A DNA stretch of 45,001 nt from a bacterium (lineage in GTDB: Bacteria; Bacteroidota; Bacteroidia; Bacteroidales; F082): the NCBI GenBank assembly GCA_037382165.1, contig JARRQC010000006.1, positions 1 to 45,001 on the forward strand, written 5' to 3'. Each line of letters starts with the position of its first letter. Within the stretch, counting starts at the first letter, position 1. The notes under the pieces are model-generated. The model saw only the letters and a list, made by a program, of their open reading frames with translations, was not told the DNA's origin and did no database searches. A program made the translations under genes and the position numbers. Of the stretch, positions 37,731 to 45,001 are shown in pieces.

Positions 37731-38270
37731 CTGTTTTAATTTTTAGGTGATTCACAACGTCTTTCTTCTCTAATTGTCACGATCTACATTCCTGCCCGGA
37801 TGTTGTTACCCCTGTGAAATAGAGTTCTAAAATAGGATATTCTGATTTTATGGGGTATATCCTGATACCTTACCCGTGGTAAGGTTATTTCGCGATGATG
37901 AATAATTGTTTTCACATATAATTCGACCTTAGGAATAGCCAACGGTTAAGCTATCCGAGTGCATAAGTTATACCTGGTGTTATGATCGGTTATCTGCAAA
38001 TCTGAGGCCAGGGCTGCTTATTATAATTTGCTATTTTTAAACTGAACTATTTGTAGTTAGTGAAAAGAAAAATAGCAGGTTTCAATATGTGTTAACTTAT
38101 TCAACGTCCCTAATGTCAATTGGCACTGAACTAGAAATAATTAAATGATAATTATATGGAGGGAAAAAATCATAAAAAAGATATCTATTTCGCGCGCATT
38201 GAAACAGTTGTTGAAAATACTTTGGTATTCATTTATCAGCTTATCAATACAAATTTTCTTTTTCTCAAAC

Positions 38271-38351
38271 GTCCGTTTTCACTTAATAAATACATCGGAA
38301 GAAATGACAAAGGTGTTTGGCTTGCATTCCCTTCTTCCGGGAAGTGAATGA
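38271..38351 (+). pseudogene. Remnant of the 3' end of a T9SS-CTD gene (paralogue of 21106-21580)
   Basis: VRFHLINTSEEMTKVFGLHSLLPGSE* aligns with YRAVLQTGNIEAVENMTKVYSTEAELPGWE*. DNA blocks ATGAC-AAGGT and CCGGG-stop are shared. The upstream part of the ORF is AT-rich and unlike a CTD. Confidence 0.4.
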
Positions 38352-38415
38352 TCACCGGCACTTGACATCGAGCACAGCTTAAACACCGACCCTGATATCT
38401 GGTGCTCTTATTGTA

Positions 38416-38452
38416 CGGCCGGACCAATCCTAGTCCGGCTGCTCCTTTTTTT
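38416..38452 (+). terminator. Terminator hairpin, copy B of 21659-21692
   Basis: Stem CGGCCGGAC / GTCCGGCTG. One A-U pair of copy A is a G-U pair here. 8-nt loop, then CTCCTTTTTTT. Confidence 0.6.
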
Positions 38453-38543
38453 CCCATGGAATACTGCCATTTATTCCATTTCACAGTTATCGAGTATAAA
38501 ATTTCCATTCCGGATAGCGACATTTGTATCAACAGTTTGTATC

Positions 38544-38732
38544 ATGGAACGCCTCAAAACCATACTGGCTATTGCCTGCTTCATCGCCACCATTCTGATC
38601 TCAGAACATCAGATTTCCGTACCTGGGCTCCAAACGACGAAAACTGTTCATCACAATTTTCAGAATGGCACTATGGACACTACCACCTCTATATATAACT
38701 ACCAGCCGTCAGCCTTGTCACCTTCTGAATAG
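38544..38732 (+). CDS. 62-aa exported/membrane-anchored 'MERLK' peptide, copy B
   Basis: MERLKTILAIACFIATILIS followed by a polar tail containing DTTTSIYNYQP. The ORF is intact although the neighbouring cassette genes are decayed. Confidence 0.5.
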   Translation: MERLKTILAIACFIATILISEHQISVPGLQTTKTVHHNFQNGTMDTTTSIYNYQPSALSPSE

Positions 38733-38764
38733 TGAAGGTGTCAAGGCCCGGCTTAACTATTCCC

Positions 38765-38797
38765 GGCGGCACTCTAACTGTGATGTGCCGCCTTTTT
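38765..38797 (+). terminator. Rho-independent terminator after MERLK peptide B
   Basis: Stem GGCGGCAC (38765-38772) / GTGCCGCC (38785-38792), then TTTTT. Confidence 0.7.
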
Positions 38798-38886
38798 CAT
38801 TTCCTGTTTTTCAAAAATTATCTTACTTTAGTGGCTACCCGGGTCAATTGTTTGATCTAAAGCAATTTTCAAATCCATTGCTGACC

Positions 38887-39750
38887 ATGCTAAACTTTTA
38901 CAAAATCGTAAAGGAAAACCTGAACTTCAACAGGTTCGAATACCGTGACACGGTTTGCCTCGAATACACCTGTCCCATCGAGGCGGAACAAATCGGGATC
39001 TTTTCAAAAAACGATTATGTGGTGTATGTGTTAAGCGGAAAGAAGACATATAAAACGCTGACGGAAGAATGGACGCTCATTCCCGGACAAACGCTTTACC
39101 TGAAAAAAGGCGCCGAGGTAATCCACCAGTTTTTTGATGATGAATACTGCATGCTTGGCTTTTTCCTGTCGGATGAGCTGATCCGGGAAACCTATAAAGA
39201 GGTAAAAGGGAAAATAGCATTGAGCTATGCGAAAGAAACTCCCGATTTTGAAGCTATTGAAGTTGAAAAAAACAGCTTCCTGGATGGTTATTTCTACTCG
39301 ATGCTGAATTATTTCAGGGATATAAACCGTCCTCCTGATCATATCATGGTACTCAAGTTAAAAGAACTGCTCATCACACTGATGAACGGAAGCCCTGTAC
39401 TTTCAGCCTATTTTCACAGCATGGAGGATAGTGTGCGTCCCTCACTACATAATATCATGGAAAAGAATTTCAGGTTCAACCTCAAACTGGAAGACTATGC
39501 CGAACTTTCGCATCGCAGCCTGTCCTCATTCAAAAGGGAATTTCAAAATTGTTTCCGGGAGTCACCGGGAAAGTGGTTGCTGAAACGCAGGGCAAAACAC
39601 GCCGCCTTACTGCTGGCCAAAAAAGATCTTAGCATCTCCGAGGTGGCCTTCGATTCCGGGTTCGAGAACTTGTCCCATTTTAGTCGTGTATTTAAGAACA
39701 TTATCGGCGTCTCCCCATCCGAATACCAAAAAACGCATATAGAAGCCTGA
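38887..39750 (+). CDS. AraC-family transcriptional regulator
   Basis: The C-terminal double HTH is LEDYAELSHRSLSSFKREFQ...ISEVAFDSGFENLSHFSRVFKNIIGVSPSEYQK. ATG at 38887 is used because the track start at 38665 runs through peptide B and its terminator. Confidence 0.85.
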   Translation: MLNFYKIVKENLNFNRFEYRDTVCLEYTCPIEAEQIGIFSKNDYVVYVLSGKKTYKTLTEEWTLIPGQTLYLKKGAEVIHQFFDDEYCMLGFFLSDELIRETYKEVKGKIALSYAKETPDFEAIEVEKNSFLDGYFYSMLNYFRDINRPPDHIMVLKLKELLITLMNGSPVLSAYFHSMEDSVRPSLHNIMEKNFRFNLKLEDYAELSHRSLSSFKREFQNCFRESPGKWLLKRRAKHAALLLAKKDLSISEVAFDSGFENLSHFSRVFKNIIGVSPSEYQKTHIEA

Positions 39751-39815
39751 TTTTTAGGCCCTGAGCCAATCAGTCAACTTTTTGAACTTTCTGGCAAAAT
39801 CTGTCCGGTTAAGTA

Positions 39816-40186
39816 GTGGTTCCTTTGCCGTCAGTAATCATCAATAAAATAAATGTCATGAAAGAACAAAAAGAGCATCTGTTGCCTGGAGCATTGCCAA
39901 TGGGGCGATCAACAACGGCCTTGAACTCACCGTTTTTCTTACAAGCTCAGCCGTGGACTGGGTGAGAAAAGGAGCGGCAAACCGTGCTCACCTGAACCCT
40001 GAGGATCCACCGATGATGGAGATGATCCAAAAGGTGATCGACAGCGGAAGCCCGATCTGTGTATGCCCTCCGTGTGCTAAAGTGCGGGGTTACAGCGAAG
40101 AAGATCTGCTCGATGGTGTTAAACTGATCGGCTCGGTAGTCATTCACGATCAGGTGAAGCAGGGAGCAGCTACGCTCAGTTTCTAA
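39816..40186 (+). pseudogene. DsrE/DsrF-like family protein interrupted by a 1-nt frame change at an A5 run
   Basis: The downstream frame reads RASVAWSIANGAINNGLELTVFLTSSAVDWVRKG...ICVCPPCAKVRGYSEEDLL...AATLSF, which is the DsrE-like pattern. The candidate starts (GTG 39816, ATG 39858) are in the adjacent frame, and the frames meet at AAAAA 39868-39872. Confidence 0.6.
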
Positions 40187-40222
40187 AGATACCCATACCG
40201 GATAACCGGCCCTTCACTGGTT

Positions 40223-40260
40223 CCCCTGACGGCACATTGTTGCCGTCAGGGGATCTTTTT
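40223..40260 (+). terminator. Rho-independent terminator (12-bp perfect stem)
   Basis: CCCCTGACGGCA (40223-40234) / TGCCGTCAGGGG (40241-40252), 6-nt loop, then ATCTTTTT. Confidence 0.75.
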
Positions 40261-40784
40261 ATATACAACCAAAAATTACCTTGTTCCCGGTCCAGGCCTG
40301 ATATCATCCCGAACACAGCTTTTTCATTATTAATTTGCAGGGGCAAACTGCCCGGACCACCCACTGGGTATTTTCTTCGAATCGAACTCCCTGTCGATGA
40401 GGGGTTCGCATCAGCCATCAAATGCCATTAAGTTGAGAGCCTCTTTTAAAATTAGTCCAATCAAATACAGTTGGAGAAGCAGGTTACCTCCTTAACATTT
40501 ATCATCCTAAAGACGCATTTTGCAAGTATACTAAATTCTACGTGTCTTTGTCAATAGGAAATTTCAAATAAATGTGATTAATAGTTTTATAACTTTTGGC
40601 ATCTCGCCTTTGTCTGTAGCAAGTGAAGGCACCAAACGTGCAAATTTCTTGAGTATTCTGAAAAGGTTTTATTGTATAGAAGCATCTATATGGTAAATCC
40701 CATGTTTCCCACAAAAACACAGTGATATGCAATTGCTCAGATTATTTGTAGAAGTAGAATTTTAATTTAAATAAACTGACAATT

Positions 40785-41440
40785 ATGAAAAGATTTATCA
40801 TTTTACTTTTCGTGTTGACGATAGTATTCTCAGCCGATGCGCAGAAGAAGTTTGACAACGAAATCTATTTTCGGGTTGGTCATTCGAACCCCTGCTGGCG
40901 TCAATTTGGCGCCGACCGCGACTGGTGGCCCGACAACAATAATCGCTGGGGCTTACCGGTGAATTCGGGACAATATTCATGCTGACCACACTCAATGATC
41001 AGGAAACGATGGCCCTGGGATTGGATGTTGATTGGATTTCCTTTTACTGGCAACAGTTTCACCTTTATAACGCGATACCCTATGATATCGTCACCTTCCA
41101 ATTCTATCAGAAAGTGGGACCCTCGTTCACGATCATGCCCACGGAGAAGATTGCTATAGACATTTTTGCCAGGGCGGTGGTGAGTTGGTTTGCAGCCTCC
41201 GCCTTTATTGAAAATGAAGATACAGATGATGCAGAAGGCTATGGGAGAGTATTTACCATGGGGTATTCTACGGGTGCCAACTTCCGTTTCAGCATCAGGA
41301 TGGTCGGGGTGGAATTCTGTTCGATGAGCCCGAAGCTTGAGAATTTCGATGACCCGGATAAAATATTCGGAAACCTGCGGACCAACGGCGACCGCACCCT
41401 GTTACCGTCGATGAACTTTACGGACGGGCTGAGCTTTTAA
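40785..41440 (+). pseudogene. Small outer-membrane beta-barrel protein, copy B, frameshifted at a G4 run
   Basis: Two ORFs (40785-40985 and 40979-41440) together are colinear with 22253-22921. ...NNNRW is followed in the -1 frame by GLTGEFGTIFMLTTLN, which is identical to copy A. The break is at GGGG 40948-40951. Confidence 0.7.
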
Positions 41441-41748
41441 TCGCCGTAAAGCCTGGTTTGGTTCTTAAAAAGGCGCCCTTTGGACAATCGTACAAAGCTG
41501 TATTTCCTGGAACGCTATTCTTGTCAGAATCGGTGAAGATTCAACACTCTCCTGTTGTCAGGTTAACTTTTTTGCCATAAGATATTGAATATCCGCCGGA
41601 AAATTTTCCACACCGACTGGCAGCCGGTTATTTCAATCTCTCAAATAAGAGGGCCTATCACTGTATTCTGTTAGAACCACTTGTGTTATTATTTACAATC
41701 TTCTGTATATTTAACCACTCGAACAAAATTGTAAAAATACCATTCAAA

Positions 41749-44049
41749 ATGAAAAAACAAATTACCCTTTTGCTGGTAGCCATTTCGCTTACCCTTTCTG
41801 TTGTTTCCCAGGAAAATGCTTTCGTCATAGAATATGTAAGCGGCAACCTGCGCACCATCGACCTGACGGATGCCACCTTGAATACCATAGGTAACGCGAG
41901 CAACAACATCGGAGCACTCGAATTCGGGCCGGAGGAAGTGTTGTATGGCATCAATTCCACTACCAACCAGTTCATTGAAATAGACACTTCAGACGCATCA
42001 GTGACAAATATTGGAAGCATAACGCCACCTGCCAGCCATATCTGGACAGGGCTTGCCTATGACCCGAACACTGCGATCATGTATGCCATCAGTGCGCAAG
42101 GCACAGCTTCCGGGACCAGCACATTGCATACCGTGGATGTCACCGACGGATCCGTCACGGAGATAGGCTCTCAAAGCACAGCAACAGCTATCTCATGTAT
42201 CGCCATCGACGCGGATGGACAAATGTACGGGTTACAACTTGGGACAACGCCGAAAATGTATCTTATCGATAAGTCAGATGGATCGGTCTCCTTACTCGGG
42301 GACGTAACCAGCTTTGGCGGTGCGGGAATGGGATATGGTATGGATTATGATACGGAAAGCGGAACCATGTACCTAACAGCTTATGATTCATTCTCTTTTG
42401 AGAATAAATTATATACGGTTGATCTTTCAGACGGAAGTGCTTCAGAAGTTGGGGATCTGGATGAATGGACCGGTGCACTGGCCATCATATCGGGTTTTTC
42501 ATGTGATTTTTCGGCGGATGTGACCGAAATTTGCACCTCAGGAACCGTAAATTTCACGGACGAATCCAATGGTGCCGTATCCTGGTCGTGGACCTTTGAA
42601 GGGGGAACCCCTTCCTCCTCAACGGAACAAAATCCGTCAGTCGTTTACAATACAGCAGGAACTTATGATGTAAGCCTGGAGGTGATGAATACGCTTGGCG
42701 ATACCGAATCAGAGACCAAGACCAATTACATTTACACCGCCGAAACCCCGGCGCAATGCGATATGCCGGAGGGGGAAACTGAAGTTTGTACCGGTCAGAT
42801 AGTATTTTATTCCACGTCGGAAGTTTCCTGGGCCGAAGAATACGAATGGGAGATCACACCGGAAGAAGCCGCGATTTTAACGGCAAATGATAATGAGGCT
42901 ACCTTGGAATTCGCGGAAGACTGGACCGGTGATTTTACCCTGAAGGTTCGGGCATCGAATGCCTGCGGCGTAGGTGAATGGTCCGACAACATGAATGGAA
43001 CCGTCTCCCTGAGCCCTTCCCTTTTCGAGACCGAAGGAGGTGGCAGTTACTGTTTGAACGGCGAGGGAGTGGAGATCACAGTGAACGGGTCGGAGGACGG
43101 GATAAATTATGAATTGTATCTCGATGGTGAACCCACAGGGAATATCATTGCCGGGACCGGCTCTGAAATCAGTTTTGGCCTGATCACTGAAGAAGGCTAT
43201 TATACAACCCTGGCAACCAACGACAATTGTGAAGAGCAAATGGATAATCAGGTGGAGGTTGAAATAATATACCCACCCTTAGAGCCTGAAACCCCGACTG
43301 GTCCGGTAGTTGTTTGTAACGATGAAACCTCTGAATATGAAAGTGAAGGAGCTCCTGATGCCGACAGTTATGTTTGGGTATTAGATCCTGAAAATGCGGG
43401 AGAGATCACAATGGACGGACTCACCGTGACCGTAGCGTGGAATACCGGTTATTCCGGAACTGCACTGGTTTCCCTCTATGGATTGAACGATTGTGGCGAG
43501 GGGAACGCCTCAATGGCGCTGGAGGTTACGGTGGATGCCGTCCCTGAGCCTGAAATCGAAGGGAACGACCAGGTCTGCAATAACAGTACAGAAGTGTATT
43601 CGACAGCTGAGATAGATGGAGCAACATATACCTGGGATATCTCAGGTGGTGAAATCAGTGATGGACAGGGAACCAACAGCATCTCCGTGGATTGGGAAGA
43701 GCCAGGAGATGGGTATGTCAGCCTTGCCATGGAGACCGAAGCAGGTTGTTCGGGAAACAGCGAAGATTTCTACGTCCTGATCGATGATTGCACCGGCATT
43801 GGCGGATTTTCTTCGGCATCTGAAATATACGTGCATCCTAATCCAGCCAAGGATAAGCTCTACATCAATGCAAAATCCGGAATCAGGGAGGTCAGATTTA
43901 CCGACCTCCGGGGAAATATACTCTTGGAAACCATGCCTGCAGCCGTGTCAACTCAAATCAATACCTCGTCGTTGAATCCGGGTATTTATGTGGTTCAGAT
44001 CGTCACCGAAAATGATATCATCATCCGGAAAGTGATAATCGAGGATTAG
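41749..44049 (+). CDS. Large secreted repeat protein with PKD domain and T9SS C-terminal sorting domain
   Basis: Signal peptide MKKQITLLLVAISLTLSVVSQ from the ATG at 41749. Five xxx[IV]DxxD[GA]SxxxxG repeats. PKD signature WSWTFEGGTPSSSTEQNPSVVYNTAGTYDVSLEV. Cys-framed Ig-like modules. CTD VHPNPAKDKLYI...GIYVVQIVTENDIIIRKVII. Confidence 0.8.
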   Translation: MKKQITLLLVAISLTLSVVSQENAFVIEYVSGNLRTIDLTDATLNTIGNASNNIGALEFGPEEVLYGINSTTNQFIEIDTSDASVTNIGSITPPASHIWTGLAYDPNTAIMYAISAQGTASGTSTLHTVDVTDGSVTEIGSQSTATAISCIAIDADGQMYGLQLGTTPKMYLIDKSDGSVSLLGDVTSFGGAGMGYGMDYDTESGTMYLTAYDSFSFENKLYTVDLSDGSASEVGDLDEWTGALAIISGFSCDFSADVTEICTSGTVNFTDESNGAVSWSWTFEGGTPSSSTEQNPSVVYNTAGTYDVSLEVMNTLGDTESETKTNYIYTAETPAQCDMPEGETEVCTGQIVFYSTSEVSWAEEYEWEITPEEAAILTANDNEATLEFAEDWTGDFTLKVRASNACGVGEWSDNMNGTVSLSPSLFETEGGGSYCLNGEGVEITVNGSEDGINYELYLDGEPTGNIIAGTGSEISFGLITEEGYYTTLATNDNCEEQMDNQVEVEIIYPPLEPETPTGPVVVCNDETSEYESEGAPDADSYVWVLDPENAGEITMDGLTVTVAWNTGYSGTALVSLYGLNDCGEGNASMALEVTVDAVPEPEIEGNDQVCNNSTEVYSTAEIDGATYTWDISGGEISDGQGTNSISVDWEEPGDGYVSLAMETEAGCSGNSEDFYVLIDDCTGIGGFSSASEIYVHPNPAKDKLYINAKSGIREVRFTDLRGNILLETMPAAVSTQINTSSLNPGIYVVQIVTENDIIIRKVIIED

Positions 44050-44436
44050 GATTTAACCCTTTCTGAAAAAGATATTAAAAGAACGACAGCTGCCTGGGGG
44101 TATTCGTCCTGCGTATCGTCCGTCCGGGAGAACGTTATTAGCATCAATATCCCCATGCACTTCGTAACATATCTCATAGAAATAAGTGAACAATTTACTA
44201 TTGAACCCCGTTTACTTAACTGCGTAAGCTTTTATACTTTGTGAGGGCAGTATTGAAATGATAGAATCCAAATGAGATTCAGGACTTTAATTTCATACGG
44301 AAATTTATTATGTGATTTGAATCAGCATTTAAAGATTTTTCTTTTCTTTGCCCGAAGTAAGGGAAGCTAATAGACCTTAATCTCAATGAACTTCGACTAC
44401 TTATCAATTATCAAATATTTATCAAACTAAAAACAA

Positions 44437-44907
44437 ATGAAAAAAATTACTTTTTTGATTCTACTTGCATTTCTGATATCAGGAATGTATGCACAGAAGG
44501 ATGGTGTTGCCCCGCTGGCTAAAGGAGAAAAACAGATCAACTTTGGAGTGGGATTCTCCAGTAAGGGATTACCCGTTTATGCTTCGCTTGATATTGCGCT
44601 GCATAAGGATGTTACCTTAACGCCGGAAGTGCACATGAGACTCCCTTTGAATGACGATGACGGTTTCAGCGGTGGCGTTATGGTAAAAGCTGACTACCAC
44701 TGGAATTACCTGATCGGTATTCCTTCAAACTGGGATTTCTATGCCGGTGCACGCGCTGGTATCAATTTCGGTGATGATATCTTTCCTGATCTGGGTATAC
44801 AGGTTGGTGGCAGATGGTACTGGAGCGACTCCTGGGCTCTGAATGCAGAGATTGCTGGTGGTGCAGGATTTGGCTTTATTGTATCTACTCAAATTCTACA
44901 TGTATAG
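44437..44907 (+). CDS. Small outer-membrane beta-barrel-like protein
   Basis: Signal peptide MKKITFLILLAFLISGMYAQ and Gly/aromatic-rich alternating strands. The C-terminus (STQILHV) lacks the usual terminal aromatic residue, so the 3' end is uncertain. Confidence 0.5.
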   Translation: MKKITFLILLAFLISGMYAQKDGVAPLAKGEKQINFGVGFSSKGLPVYASLDIALHKDVTLTPEVHMRLPLNDDDGFSGGVMVKADYHWNYLIGIPSNWDFYAGARAGINFGDDIFPDLGIQVGGRWYWSDSWALNAEIAGGAGFGFIVSTQILHV

Positions 44908-45001
44908 GACAGGTAAAATGATGTATGATTTGTCCTGTATCTGTGTAATCTTAAATATAAGTGTAAACTCAGAAACCTCTTATATTCTGGCTATTATACC
45001 G

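Noticed and set aside
38145-38351. 68-aa and 63-aa ORFs in the AT-rich region upstream of peptide B, considered as real genes.
   Set aside because: They are low-complexity, Ile/Lys/Phe-rich translations of AT-rich DNA. Only the last 26 or so codons show homology (CTD remnant), which is annotated separately.
38665-38886. N-terminal extension of the AraC regulator in the ORF track.
   Set aside because: It would overlap peptide B and read through a strong terminator (38765-38797). The ATG at 38887 gives a normal AraC N-terminal domain.
40261-40784. ORFs 40176-40421(-), 40237-40431(+) and 40538-40732(-) in the 0.5-kb gap upstream of barrel B.
   Set aside because: They have no motifs and overlap one another or the terminator at 40223-40260. 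The composition is typical of non-coding spacer.
44860-44940. Possible frameshift at the 3' end of the last barrel gene (the C-terminus STQILHV lacks a terminal aromatic residue).
   Set aside because: Neither alternative frame gives a convincing barrel C-terminus followed by a stop. It is left as an uncertainty on the feature rather than a finding.
1-45001. Search for tRNA/rRNA genes, CRISPR arrays, transposases, integrases, reverse transcriptases and long tandem repeats.
   Set aside because: Visual inspection of all intergenic regions longer than 80 bp and of the ORF translations found no cloverleaf-like sequences, regularly spaced direct repeats or recombinase motifs. A tRNAscan/Infernal/CRISPR-finder run would be needed to exclude them formally.

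Overview
The window looks like a Bacteroidota chromosome segment. Four proteins end in T9SS C-terminal sorting domains, several genes sit behind TAnnTTTG-type -7 boxes, and the ftsX-DUF3098-uppP-truB synteny is present. Bases 1-17300 are mostly housekeeping: an ECF sigma module, cysS, tdh, ftsX, uppP, truB, queA, ispD, a GT2/flippase pair, ruvC, flavodoxin and an aldo-keto reductase. The rest is accessory:
- 17.4-22.9 kb: an atypical two-component locus. A NarL-type response regulator is bracketed by two paralogous orphan proteins of about 110 aa and followed by a TPR sensor kinase. Next come a T9SS-tagged mini-protein, a 66-aa exported 'MERLK' peptide and a small outer-membrane barrel.
- 23-28.7 kb: a fructan/sucrose locus (GH32-like enzyme, MFS transporter, fructokinase, secreted GH32).
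- 28.8-30.0 kb: a secreted papain-fold cysteine peptidase with an orphan secreted partner.
- 30.4-37.7 kb: a lysophospholipase, a GH94 phosphorylase, a translationally coupled bPH/SHOCT membrane protein plus membrane-anchored HNH protein, and prpE.
- 38.3-41.4 kb: a decayed paralogous copy of the 21-23 kb cassette (CTD-gene remnant, second MERLK peptide, frameshifted barrel) with an AraC regulator and a frameshifted DsrE-like gene in between.
- 41.7-44.9 kb: a large T9SS PKD protein and a small barrel protein.

I did not recognise any rRNA, tRNA, CRISPR array, transposase or integrase. Three genes are broken by single-nucleotide frame changes. Two sit at a homopolymer run and the third is near one, so sequencing error is as likely as real decay. 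ruvC and the divergent flippase-like gene abut with both 5' ends missing. All family calls come from motif recognition by eye; no searches were run.
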